DNA of 63,755 bases, counting the filler, from Conidiobolus incongruus B7586 (taxonomy: Eukaryota): assembly GCA_000697335.1 (NCBI GenBank). It is 18 parts of 18 records of this genome, joined end to end, with 100 filler letters (N's around TTAATTAATTAA, not from the genome) between each part and the next. Parts side by side here need not be neighbours in the genome. Positions count along the whole stretch, not along the records: positions 24,378 to 25,549 come from JNEM01000289.1; positions 25,650 to 34,567 come from JNEM01000301.1; positions 34,668 to 43,187 come from JNEM01000302.1; 15 more parts are not named here. One strand, written 5' to 3'. Below the pieces are notes generated by a model. That model did no database searches. It had not been told where the DNA came from and saw only the letters and a list, made by a program, of their open reading frames with translations. The translations under genes were made by a program, and so were the position numbers. The first letter of the stretch is position 1; the number at the start of each line of letters is the position of its first letter. Shown here piece after piece: positions 24,278 to 37,789 of the stretch.

Positions 24278-26382
24278 NNNNNNNNNNNNNNNNNNNNNNN
24301 NNNNNNNNNNNNNNNNNNNNNTTAATTAATTAANNNNNNNNNNNNNNNNNNNNNNNNNNNNNNNNNNNNNNNNNNNNTATAATATATTATATTAATAAAA
24401 TTTCTAAAAAAACTATAAATTCTTATTATTTATTTTTGCAAATATAACTCTGAATTTAGGATTAAATTATCAAAAAATAATTAATAGGTATAATTTTTGA
24501 AATTTTTAAAAATATTCATTTTTGAATATTAAATTAATATATTTTGTTTAATGATCTTTATAAAACTTCAAAATATAGAGTATTTATTTTATTTCATTAT
24601 TCATATTTTATATTATTAAAAAAAACTTAAAAAAAATTGTCTTTATTATAATATTAAATTCATTTTATTATATTTATTTTGAAATATTTATAAATATTTT
24701 AATATTATTGATAGATATATAATATAATGGTATTTTTAGTTTATAAGCTATAATTAAATTAAATAAAGATCAAATAATTTCATAATTATTGATAGTTTTT
24801 ATTTAATTATAATTATATTCAAAAAAGATATAAATTTAATTATAAAATTTATTTTAGATATATAATAAAATTAAATAAACTTTATATTTAATCAATAATA
24901 GAATATTTATAATAAATTTTAATAAAACCAAATAGAGAAAAGGAAAATAGATAATTTTATTATATAATTATTATTTAATAATTAAACTCTAATTATTCTG
25001 ATTTGATTATTATTAAAATTAATTTATATTATATTGAAAATCAAAATTTACTATTTAATCTATTATTTTTCATCTAAAATACGAATCATAATATAATTTT
25101 CATTTTTATACATTGAAATTTTTAAATTATAATCTAAGAAATATTATATTTTCAAATTATTCCAAAAATTTAAGATTCCTTTAAATTAATATCTCAGAAA
25201 GTTTATATTTAATATAAATATATTTTAATAATATATTATTAATCAGTAGTTTTTATTTTCGTTAATTATAATATAAGCATATATTTTATAAGGTCATTCA
25301 AAAATTAAAATTAACTTAAAAAAATAATATTATTTAAATTTTTAATATAATTACAAATAAATTATTTTAACTCTTAAAAGTATTATATTCAAAATATAAA
25401 TAAAACCTTAAACCTAATTTAAGGTGTTTTTTTGAATAATATTACAAATATGAAAATAATAAAAAAGGACATTAATTTACGAATAAGGAGTTATCAGGCT
25501 ACTATAATATTATATTTATTAATATAAATTCTATATATATATATATATANNNNNNNNNNNNNNNNNNNNNNNNNNNNNNNNNNNNNNNNNNNNTTAATTA
25601 ATTAANNNNNNNNNNNNNNNNNNNNNNNNNNNNNNNNNNNNNNNNNNNNAAATCTTAATTGTTTACTATTATTTATTATTAATTTTTATAATAAATTATA
25701 CATCTTAATGAGAGTTATCAGTATTCATAAGAAAAATACTATCTCAATAATCAAATCAATAAATTAATTTTAATAAATTAATTGTAAAATCAAATGAATT
25801 CAGATAAATGATAAATTAAAATGGTATTAGAATACGAAATTAATTAATACTGATTAATAATTATTCCATAAATTTATAATATTTTATGTTACTATGGATA
25901 CTAGTAACTTTGGATATTTTTTGAATTGATTGTAATATGATTAATATTTAATAAAATTTTCAATATAAAATATAAAATGATTATATAGTTAATTTTCCAG
26001 TCAATAAAAAAATGAAGAAATATCTATATTACTAATAACACCACAACTAGATATAGTAATATTTCAATATAATGGCTAATTTATTGAGAGTTGACAGTAA
26101 ATATATCATGAGCTGCATTATTTGTATAAAAAAATTAACTAAAAACAAATCAATAAACCCCATTTAACAAAATAATATAATTATTAAATTGCTTGTTGAT
26201 ATAGAAAATTAAATGATTATATTTCCAGCTCTTTCGTTGTCTTATCAACTATTTGATCTATATTATTAGTCAAAATTCAGACTTCGTCTACTCAATTTAT
26301 AATATTCAAAATAAGTATAAAATATGTACCAAATACTTGAAAGATAAATAAATAAACTATTTAATCAATATTACAACATTCA

Positions 26383-27855
26383 CTATTTCATCTTGTGAAG
26401 TGCAACATCATTTTGAGCAATAGCAAACACGTAAGCAGCCATAGTTGCGGAGCACTGAGCTAATTGGTCGGGTTTCAAAGCTTCCATTCGATCGGCATCA
26501 GTGTGATGGTACCAGAAGTAACCGCTTGGAATATCTTCATTATTTTCACCCATAGTAGCATTATAATAAGTGTTTTTAACTGGAAAATTGCTGATGAATG
26601 CAGCACAAGGTACTTTTCCACCTTTGCAAATAGGATCGATATCAGTTCCTCCGTAACCCTTACCTACGTTGTAACCAAATCCGTGAGGTTTTAGGTATGT
26701 AGCAGCAGTTTCTTTGAGGAAGGCTTCTTGCTTAGCGTTTCCGGTGAAACTAATACCATCAGATCTTGCAGAATTGCCGTCAGATTCCATCACGAATACC
26801 ATTTTGTCAAACATTTTTTCGCGTTTCTTAGCGAATGCAATACCTCCAATACCGCCATTTTCTTCACTGGTCCAGAAGACCGCCTGTATAGTGCGTTTGG
26901 GCTTAACTGGAAGTTTTGAAATTTGTCTGAGGGCTTCGTAAGCAGTAAAAGAACCACCACCGTCGTCTAGGGCACCAACTCCGAGATCCCAACTGTCGAT
27001 GTGTCCTCCAAAAATCACGTACTCATCAGGATATTCACAGCCTTTAATTTCTGCAATTACATTTCTGGAAGTGTGAGTGTTATTGTCGAATTTAATTTGA
27101 ATATCCAAATGTACTTTGGGGAATTGAATCTGAGACTTGTCTAAAATTTCCGCTCCAAGCTTTTTGGTGGCTCTATTATACATACGTTGAATTAATGCTG
27201 CATCTTCGATTGTGATTGCAACAGATGGGATTTTACTCAATACATTTTGATTACCGACGTGTACATTACTCAAACCGAAAGGAGCTACAGAACGTACCAT
27301 ACTTGCGACAGCCCCGTTATCTTCTGCCAGTTTAGCACCTCTGTTACGGTATCCAGTACCATTTCCATATCCTGTGAAAGGGAAGTTGTAAAGTAAAATC
27401 TTTCCTCTGATTGCATTTTTATCTTTAGCAAGGAGCTGCTCTAATTCATAAAATCCTGTCACTGGTACTACTTCAGCCGAAATACCACCTTTTGGAGTAG
27501 ATACGGAATTGCCCAAAGCATTGACCTTTAAATCTACCTCACCACGGCTCTTTGTAAAAAGCTTTAAGGATTCTTTCTCCCTGCGCCAGTAGTTCACCTT
27601 GACAGGTTCCGTGTAAACGTTGATACCATCCTTCTTGATCAATTTGATCAGCCAATCGATAGAGTCCTCCAAATTTTTAGAACCCACTAACCTATGTCCA
27701 TAGGTATCGGTCATCTCAGCCAATCTGTCCCATACGATTGTAGAGTTGAGGGAGTTTGTAATCAATGCTTTCAAACTCTTGTCGTCTTCTGTAGATAATT
27801 TACAACTGACAAGTGATGATAAAGCTAGAAATATTATGGATTTGTTAAATATCAT
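26383..27855 (-). CDS. Secreted M28 metallopeptidase, carboxypeptidase Q (PGCP)-like with PA domain, 490 aa, intronless
   Basis: Signal-peptide-like N-terminus. M28 Zn-ligand/catalytic motifs GGHIDSWD, GALDDGGG, WTSEENG, MESDG and YHHTDAD are present, plus the CPQ-like N-terminal DTYGHRLVGS. Confidence 0.93.
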   Translation of the reverse strand: MIFNKSIIFLALSSLVSCKLSTEDDKSLKALITNSLNSTIVWDRLAEMTDTYGHRLVGSKNLEDSIDWLIKLIKKDGINVYTEPVKVNYWRREKESLKLFTKSRGEVDLKVNALGNSVSTPKGGISAEVVPVTGFYELEQLLAKDKNAIRGKILLYNFPFTGYGNGTGYRNRGAKLAEDNGAVASMVRSVAPFGLSNVHVGNQNVLSKIPSVAITIEDAALIQRMYNRATKKLGAEILDKSQIQFPKVHLDIQIKFDNNTHTSRNVIAEIKGCEYPDEYVIFGGHIDSWDLGVGALDDGGGSFTAYEALRQISKLPVKPKRTIQAVFWTSEENGGIGGIAFAKKREKMFDKMVFVMESDGNSARSDGISFTGNAKQEAFLKETAATYLKPHGFGYNVGKGYGGTDIDPICKGGKVPCAAFISNFPVKNTYYNATMGENNEDIPSGYFWYHHTDADRMEALKPDQLAQCSATMAAYVFAIAQNDVALHKMK

Positions 27856-30800
27856 ATTTAAAAATTGAAGCTATTAGATATTTTGTATTAGACATATAAT
27901 GGATGAAACCTTTTATATATTAAAACAGAGTTTGTTACCCTAATACAATGTGATTACTAATGTAGTAATGCAGGATTTCATGTGACTAGATCACGAAATT
28001 TAAATCCTACTTAGTTTATTAAATCTAACAACCTCTGTGATTTTTGTGTCACTTATTCTCAGATTTCTAATTATACTTCTTATATCTTATGACCTTAAAT
28101 ATTTTAATACAACTAAAATTGACTATTTTGTCTTCCTATTTAGCAGATATTTCTGATATCGGAAAATTATCATATGATTATCAGCCTTTACTATTTAGGC
28201 TAAATATTTAATTGAATATCTTTCTCAAAGTTCGAATATTACAATATAGCCCAATTTGAAAATATTATTAATACTTTTGAAAGTTTAGTCAGCACTGACA
28301 TTTTAAGTATGATAATTTCAATAACTCAAAAACCATAATATTAACTAAATTCTAGGAGATTTTTATAATACCACTTATTAGATTTAATTAAATATATATA
28401 AATTGAAAAACTAGAGACGTTACCCTATCAATTTTATGATTTAAATAGTGATAATTTAATATATTCCCTCATATCAAACTCACCAATAAAGTAATAATAC
28501 AGTAATCCCTAAATAGATTTATTTTATTTCATATATTGATTAATTTAATAATCGAATAATTAAAAAATCATTCATTAATATTCAAATTCAGCAGAATATT
28601 ACATTGAAAATTTATGTTACTATAAAATGGGTTTTATCAAAGCTCAAACTGAAATTTAAAATTACCGAATATTGTTACAATAAATATATATTTTTAATAT
28701 CTGCTATTTTTTAATCATTATATAAAATATACTAATGTTATGAAATGAATTGACTTGATATAACCAAAAAATATCTTATCAAATACCATTTCCAAACATG
28801 ATTAATTAACCGAATTTTGTAAAATAATAACAAATTTCATTTAATTTATGTTTTAATAATTTTACACTTATAACACTAATAATTTAAACATATACTACAA
28901 AGTTTTTGAAAAAAAATATTGCAATTGGAAAAAGAGCTTAGATATTTACATTGGTAAATCCAAAAGCTTATAGTGTAATAAATTAAAATAATTTTGAATT
29001 TGAATTACTTGTATAAAGTAATTTTTCGAATTATTTACACACTATATATTAGAGATAAATGATGATATATTATCTTGTTCCGAGATATTTAATTTATTTT
29101 GAATCAATTCAAAGTTTAATATTGCTACTGATAATAAAGCAAAATGTTATTCCGACTTTGAATAGTATTTCTATTTGTAAATTATTTAAATTTAATTATC
29201 AAAAGCTCATCTTCTGCCTATCTATGATTTAATTAAATTCTATATTTCACAAATCATTATTAATACGATTTCAGTTTATTTATATACATAATATGTATTA
29301 TAAATATATATTATGAGGTTATAATTTATATAGTTATTGTTTTATATTTGGGTTATATTTTCTTTAATCAATTAATTCATTCAAACCAATCACCATTTCA
29401 CCTCAATATTTTACTAACCAATAATTTTGGATTTGAATATCTCAAAGTGAGTTTTTCTTATATATAGCAGGATATTTATTCATTTTAGTATTTGATAATT
29501 ATGTTATAGAATTTATCTTATACAATTTTTTGATTGAATATATTATTTTAGTAGAAACTGGAGTTTTTTATTTTATATATATATCATCTATAATACATAC
29601 TCGATCAATATTTAATTATTTTTTTCCTTGAATCTATACTAATTATTGTCATATGATAATTCGACTTTAATTTACATTTCCAATATGGAAAAATATATTG
29701 GATCATACATTTTATCACAAGATATTCTTTTGATTTTATAATAATAAGTCATTCCTGTATAAATTTTCTGGAATATTGTGATGTAAATTGAATGATCTAT
29801 TGATTACAAAATTCATTAATATATCAAGAAAATATAATTATTTTCAACTTATTTGGTATCTGGTAAAAATTATTACTATTTCTATGTTATTGATTCAATT
29901 TGGTTAATAAATATATAAGTTTTTTCTGTATGTTATAATTTTTAGCCTGACTTACTGATAATGATTATTTGATATATATGTAGGTGGGAGTAATTATATA
30001 TATGATTCTAATTAATAAGAGGTGCATTTCCTCATTCCTATATTAATGTTATAAATTATTTTTTATCATGCAACTATATCATTCTCAACATATATTTTCA
30101 ATAAACCTTGATATTAAAAGATATAATTTTTAATGTTAATAGGGTTATATATCTGTTTAATTATAAATTTAAATAATTATTAATTACAAAATCGTTGAGA
30201 TTTTGTCATTATTTGCATTGGCGTGCTTCTTAATGACATTTATCGCAATGAGGAATTTAAATAAGACATTATTAAAATCAAGTTTGGTTGAAAATTAAAA
30301 AATCATTTTAAAGATATATTTGTACAATTTTTGTATTAATCCAGAATCGATTTATCTAGAAAATTTCAACGATCATTTGTTAGTTACATAATAAAACTAA
30401 TATATAGAAGTTAGCATATTTTCAGATGATGGCTATCTAAATGAAGTATTCATCAATATCGTTCTAAACTCTATTAATAAAATGCTATTTCAGAGTTTTA
30501 TAATAAAAATATTTTATTCAAAATTTAAGTATTTTTACATTACACATTAAATTTAACAGAATCAATTGTAATTCAATTTAATCATTGTTAATAATTCCAA
30601 AAAATATGAATAATACATATCAAAAAGCTAATTATTGAAAATAGTTCATTATATGCAGCCTTAAGTATATGAGTTATAATTCATCAGCTATCATTAATTG
30701 ATAGAGCTAAATGATTATTTCATAACCATATGAGGATAGAGTTCAAATGCGAATAATGATATGAAATGGATGAAGATTTAGTTATGTATACAGCTACTAA

Positions 30801-30869
30801 TTAAAAAAGATGTAAAATTCTGTCAGTATTCAAAAATTTTATTGGTAATTTTTCGATTTAGTATAATAA

Positions 30870-32320
30870 TTTGGGAATCTTTTGTATTATTCACTTTAGG
30901 GGCTTTTATCAAAGTAATTTCAGCAATGAATCCGATAAAAGTTTATAAGACTTGGTTAATAATACATTGAATACCACAATTATGTGAGTTTGCTTGATTG
31001 AGATGACTGATGTGTTTGGTCACAGTTGGTAGGATCTAAACTTGGAAGACTCCATTTGCTGGCTCGCCAAATTAATTCAAAAAGGATTGTAATAATGTCT
31101 ATAGAAAATCTGTTAAAGTAAAATATTGGTGACGACAGAATCAATCTCTAAAGCTGTTCACATAAACTCGAGGTGAAGTGAATTTAAAGTTAAATGCTTT
31201 AGAAAACTTAGTTCCAACTTCAAAGGATGGCATTACTGCTTAAGTCGTCCCGGTATCCTGATATAATGAATTAGTACAATTCCTCACAAAGGATAAAAAT
31301 GCTCTAGGGGAAAAATCGTCCTATACAATTTCCCTTATAACGGCTATGGAAATGGTGCCAGTTGCAGAGGTAATGGTGCAAAAAGAGTAGAAGGAAATGG
31401 AGAGGTTACTATTATGATTTCTGTAGGATTGTTTAAATTAAGTAACTTACACCCTGAAACTCAGGGTAAGTTAATTAAAATCACTTCAGTTGCTATTACT
31501 CCTGAAGATGCTGTGATCATTCATCGTATGTACACAAGAGCAAGTCAGAAGCTTAATGTAGATGTTCTTGAATGTGATCAAATTCCATTCCGCAAGGTTT
31601 ACTTGGATATTCAGTTAAAATTTGATAATAATGCCCAGACCTACAGATATTTAATAGTCAAAATCAAAGGAACTGAGTATCCTCACGAATACATCATCTT
31701 TGGTGGTTATATAAGCAGTTTAGACATTAATTTGGGAGCTTTAGATAATGGCAGTGGTTCTTTCACATCTTATGAAGCCATTAGACGAATTTCGAAGCTT
31801 CAAGTTAATCTAAAGGAAACCATTCAAATCGTGGTCTGGACAAGGTAAGAGAGTGGATGGCATGATGGAGTGGAGTTGGCTAAAATATGTCTAAATATTT
31901 TTGATAAAGCTGTTTTTATCATAGAATCCGACTTTAATTCTGTTTGTTCTGATGGCACTGGATGTAAAGGAAATTTCAAAAAGAGTCTTTGAAAGAAATC
32001 GCTACCACCTATTAGAAACCTCATAACTTTGGATACAATTTTGTCAAGGGATATAGTGTTCCTGATATTGATCGAATCTGTAAGAGTGGTAAATTTTCTT
32101 GAACTGGATTTAATTGTGTATTCCATGTGAAAAACATTTACTAAAAAGCTACCTTAGGAACTAATAATGAAGCCATGCCTGATGGGTGCTTTATGAACCA
32201 TCATGCCGATGCTGACCGTATGGAGGCCGTGAGACCTGTGCAACTGGCACAATACTCTGCAACTATGGCTTCTTATATATAAGCTATTGGTCATAATTGG
32301 AATGCGCTCCACAAAAAAGT
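30870..32320 (+). pseudogene. Pseudogene paralog of the carboxypeptidase Q-like gene
   Basis: Colinear homology over the whole length (DKSL..NTLNTTIM*..EMTDVFGH..LEDSI; LYNFPYNGYGNG; GGYISSLD..GALDNGSG; HHADADRMEA..QLAQYSATMA), with several frameshifts and stops (30985, 31163, 31241, 31259). Metal ligands are altered. Start coordinate is approximate. Confidence 0.92.
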
Positions 32321-33291
32321 TATCAATTATATATTCAATTTTTCATTGATGTTGATTTTTTTAATCTCCACCTTGAAATTAAATATCAAATCTGAATAAA
32401 TTTATTATTAAATATCTAACAATTTGCGTATGTATGTATATATTTGTAAATAATTCAATTTGGAGATGATACTCTAATTTACGAAGTATTTTTACTCAAT
32501 TTTCAATGTTGTGAAATTTTATTTTTTTTGAGTAGTCTTTAAAATCATTTAGTTCCTAAATTGTACAATTTATAAATCAATTGAGAGGTGATTTAATAAT
32601 ATATTTCAAAATAATCAGTTGATAAAGTATTTAGTTAATGTGAACATAATAGAGTATACATGTTTATTACTATCCTAACTTTGGTTTTGCAATAGTTGTA
32701 CTTTGAATTATTGAACTTGCTTCTAAATGGTCTATTATATAATTGTTTTTCATTGCTGATAAACGTATGAATTTTTTATAATTTAATAATTGTAATTATT
32801 GAGGTTCAATTAATTAATTGACTTGAGCTTATTTGTTATAAATGATCGAAAAAGCTCTCAAAAAATACGCCATAGTATTATGATATTTGAATTTTTATTT
32901 AAATATTTACTATCATCCAATAAATGTATTTCCATTACATGTTAGCGGTTTTACTACTATTTTTTTTAATTAATTTTGATTGTGTATTTTATAGATTCTT
33001 TCAAAAAAATATAACTACAACTCTCAGAATTTATTTTTTTAACAAGCTAATGAAACATGAGTATTGGATATTAAAAGGGAATGTATCAATTTTAAACCAA
33101 AATAAAATCAGTCAAAGCAACTGTTATATCAATTCAAACTAGCTATATATAAAATTTAAATAAAAATAAATTTGATTTTAAAAATGGAATATATAAAAGA
33201 TTTCACTATGAAGTTAATTTTTAAATATATGAATGTATAGATATCCATTAATTTCAAATTCCATTCATTTAAATAAATTTTCTATATTTGT

Positions 33292-34567
33292 TTATATTGT
33301 CTTAAATTTGAAATAATGGGAAATTTTTTAATTTATGATTTTTCAAACATATTATTAGTTTTAAATAAACAGATATATATAAGATAAATAGGAGATTATA
33401 TATTTTTAAATTATATATATATATTATATTTTTTTGATTAAAAAATTAACTTTTTAAAATTGATTGTTAAATTATATTTAAACTAAATAATAATTATCAA
33501 AAGTAATTTATTTTAGTATAAGTAAAACCTAACTATAAACCCTCTAAAATTATTTAAAATTTATAAGTAACTTTTGATAATAAAATATTATTAAAATAAA
33601 CTATTTATTACTAGGTAAACTATTTTAAAGTTAAAAAAGAAATTATCTAAAACTTAATAAATTTAAAAAACTATCTTTAACTATTATTCTTTCAATTATT
33701 AATAAAATCAAAAAAATATATTAAAAAACATCTTTTTATCTTAGTTAAAGAATTATCCAAACATTTTAATATTAGTTTTATAAGTATTTTATATATATTA
33801 AAATTTAAGCTCAAATTAGTATATAAAAATATAAAATAAATATATTAAAATTTAATTAAAGTTTAAAAAAAAGCTAGATTAGTTATTGTTTAGTAAAATT
33901 TACTAAAATATTACTAAAAGCTTACTCTTTCACAACAAATAATTTCTATTTATGAATCTTAAATCTTTATATATAATCCTTTATTAAAATATAAATCAAA
34001 ATGCTAGATTAAGTTAAATTAACCTCATTTATAAATTCCTTTAAATAAATATTTTGTTAATAAGTAAATATTAATTATTGTAATAAATTATATTTATATA
34101 TATTACTTTTATTTAATTTTTAAAGAAAATTAATTAATAGTAAATGTTATATTTTTTTTAAATAAAAGTATTTTTAATTAGTATTCCTATTATATTTTAA
34201 GAAGACTTATCATTTTATATAATAATTATAGAATATTTAAATTTAAAGCTATAAAAAACTTTATATTTAAAAATAACTAGAGAAAACTACCACATCTGGT
34301 ATATTCTTTAAATTATATCTTATATAACTGTAATTGCTTTAAATAATTAAAAAACTAGCTTATAACAAAAAAAATATCTATAGGAAAATTTAATTAGTTT
34401 ATAAAATATTAAATTTTAATCTTTAATAAAAAGAATTATTGTTTAAATATTAGAAATTTGCTAAAAATATAGTAAAAAGTTATTAATAATAAAAAAAATT
34501 ATTAAACTTATATTATATATTTATTTTTATATATTATATATCAAAATGTTGATTTATTTTTAATCAC
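33292..34567 (+). mobile_element. Degenerate mariner copy B3 (3' end cut by gap)
   Basis: Starts with TIR-like ...AAATAATGGGAAATTTTTTAATTT and matches the reverse complement of B1/B2. Contains N*RKLPHLVYSLNY (cf. WxxLPHxxYSPD). Confidence 0.85.
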
Positions 34568-35619
34568 NNNNNNNNNNNNNNNNNNNNNNNNNNNNNNNNN
34601 NNNNNNNNNNNTTAATTAATTAANNNNNNNNNNNNNNNNNNNNNNNNNNNNNNNNNNNNNNNNNNNNAAAATAAAAATAATATATAGATTATATAATAAA
34701 ATAATAAAAGAAATAGTAAAAATTGAAAATATATTAAAAAATAATATATATCTATTTAAATATTAATATACTATAGATATAATAAATAAAATAATATTTA
34801 TTACCAAAAACCGTATATTTTGAGATAATAATAGAGGTTAATAATATTCAATAAAAAGTAATAAAATTAATTTCAAAAATTAAAATACCAAATTTATCTA
34901 TTAAAATTAAAATAATATATTATAAGATATTGTATAAAATATATAAATATTAATATATTAAATAAAATAATTTTGTATACTTTTTAAAGATAAGGGAGCT
35001 TTCATATATATTAAGGCTATAAATAAAAAAAATATAATGTTTAAAAATATAATATATAATATCAACAAATAAATACTAAAAATATAATGAATCAATAATG
35101 TTAAAAATAAAAATTATAATCAAAGTTAAAAAAGGATATATAATAAATCAATTTTATATTTCAGTAATTAATCCATTATTATAAAAAAAATATAAAAATT
35201 TTTTAATTTAATATATAATATTCAATATTATTAAATTTTTTATTTATTTTAAAGAATAAATTAAATTAAAATAAAAAGAATAAAAAACCAAAATTAATTT
35301 GACTATTTAATAAATATTTGATTATATAGGTTATATTAAAATACTAAAAATATTTTAAAATAAAATATTGATTTATAGTGAATTTAATAACCAAACAATA
35401 AAAAGTAATGTAATATTATTTTATGAAAATATAGTTCAATAAAGTTCAATAGTGATAAGATTTCTAAATAATAAATCCAATGATATTAATTATTTAGTTA
35501 TAATTGATCTAAATTTTAATAGACAACCAACTATTTGATAATAAAAAATGAAAAAAGGAATATAAAATTTAGTGGTATCAATATAATTTAGAATTTAAAA
35601 CATTAAATTATATCCTTAT

Positions 35620-36070
35620 TATAAATACACTTGTGACTACAATAAGTATTCAATTTGGTATGAATTTCTGAGGTAGTGATTGCTAATATCATTAAATTCC
35701 AAATTCAATTTTTCAAATTTTCATACTTGTCAAATCCTTAAGTTCCATGAGTTTGTGCTCAAAGCCACTAAAGACGATAGTTTCCAAGTGACTAAAGTCT
35801 TAATTTTTCTCACCAAAGTAGAGCTAGCAGTTAGCTAATGCAGAGTTAGTGATTTCAAGTGTTTAGATTTATTGATGATTTCCTTGAGGTGTGGTTTTAA
35901 GGGCAATAGCATTGGATTGTCAAGTGCATTATATTAGAGCAGATTTACATAGTACTTCCATATTATGATTTTGATACAATCCTACTTGGATGATGGATAG
36001 AGATTAGACGGACCTCAACTTGTGAAAAATGAGTTGGGCATTAGGATTGGGTTCAAAATATTCATTATTG
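35620..36070 (-). pseudogene. Possible decayed protein-coding relic (LRR-like periodicity)
   Basis: GC-elevated island. One minus frame reads protein-like (FHKLRSV*SLSI...I*TLEITN...FSHLETIVFSGF...LTSMKI*KIEFG) with many stops. No family is confidently recognised. Confidence 0.3.
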
Positions 36071-37789
36071 AATAATGCTGATTTTAGTTCGTTTAGACTA
36101 AAAATATCATTTAATATAATGATATTTTAATACTTTCAATAATTGAATTAGCCATCATAAACTCTAGATAGAGGTTTTGTGTATTATCTATTAAGTTAAT
36201 TATAATAATTCCATATTTGTATTCATAAAATTTTAATCAGATTAAATCGATTAATATACTCAAGAGGATTGTTCCATAATGTTAACCTTAAACTAATTTT
36301 ATTCATTAATAGTAGTTTGAATAGTTATTATTTAGACAATAATTGAATTTATGATATTTTTAATAAAACAATTATTTTAAATAAATCTATTAATATTGTT
36401 GAAACTAAATGAATTTTAAATTTAAATCCAAAAAAAATCATCTTAATTCTTTCATTTTAATTAAAATTTATATTTAGGACATAAATTGCCATGTTTTAAC
36501 CCAATTAATCCCATTTAAATATATCTTAAAAATTAACTAATTATTCCCATTATATTGTCAATCTGTTTGATTTTTTAATATAAAAAAAAATCTTAAAATA
36601 GATTAGATTATAATATGATACTGTATACTTTGATTCAAAATTGGTCACTTATTTTAATTATTTTGATCATAATATGATTATATAGTTATAATCCATATAT
36701 TGCCTTAATTTTATTATCGATAATTATTAAGAATGGTATGATATTATCAATACTTTAATATATAATATATTATTAAAATATTGAGTTTCAATAAATTAAA
36801 ATATAAAAATAAACTTGCAATTACTATACTTTATCATCTTTAGTTTGAATATCAGTTGACGAATTTATCAATTATATATCTCAATTATGCTTAATAAATC
36901 AATATAATATTGTCGTTCAAATAGATTTTATAAATATATTTAGAATATTCAAGAACTTGTTAGTTTATAAAATGATTAAAAAAGGGATTTTTATATTAAT
37001 TAATTAGTGTATTTAGACTTTTTAATGATTTAATAAAAATTAATATAAAAATTACTTATAATTAATTTTATTTATAATTTTTCAACATATAATTTAATTT
37101 TTATATAAATTATATCCTTTTTTTAAAAAAAAGTGATTCTTTATAAGAAAATTTATATTTTATTAATTATGAAATAGTCTGATCATTAAATTAATAAAAA
37201 ATTAAATCTATTTTTAATGTTAATACTTTATAATATTTTAATATATTTCTCATTAAATTTTACTTTTAAACTATTTGATAAAATTTATAATAAGTTTGAA
37301 AAATCTTTTTAAAATATTAATATTATACTAAAAACGTTAAATTGATGCTTAATGATAATAAGGCAAAGTAATTATATTTTTTTAATATTATATTTTATCT
37401 ATTTATATTATAAGTATTTTCCTAATTTTGAATTATTTAATATAATAATTTGAAATTTTAGTTTTCTTTTAATCAATATATATAAATTACAACTAATCAA
37501 TTTAACCATATTGTGAGTACATTGAATTGATTTAATCACTATTCAGCAAATACGAATCAATTAATCAAAATGCATGTCAATTTGACGGCTAAACCAAGTT
37601 AAGCTTGAACCTCATCTGTTCAGGCATTTGAATTCTTGCAAATCAAATCTGTAACATGGCATTAAAAGTATTGATTCAGGCAATTCAAACTAATATAAAT
37701 ATATTGTAATGTACAAAATTGGAATGAATCGATTTATTTAAAATTTTAGATGCTAAATTAACACTGAGTGAGGCTTGATATTATTCATA

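Noticed and set aside
24395..24590. Faint HMG-box-like wording (SKKTINSYYLFL...EFRIKLSKNN...EIFKNI)
   Set aside because: It needs frame changes and several stops in extremely AT-rich DNA, so it cannot be distinguished from chance by eye.
26464..26941. Plus-strand ORFs 26464-26694, 26714-26941, 26728-26919
   Set aside because: Antisense shadows of the peptidase gene.
31414..32126. ORFs 31414-31848(+) and 31824-32126(-) as functional genes
   Set aside because: A fragment and an antisense shadow of the peptidase pseudogene. The stops and frameshifts are too varied for readthrough, editing or an alternative genetic code.
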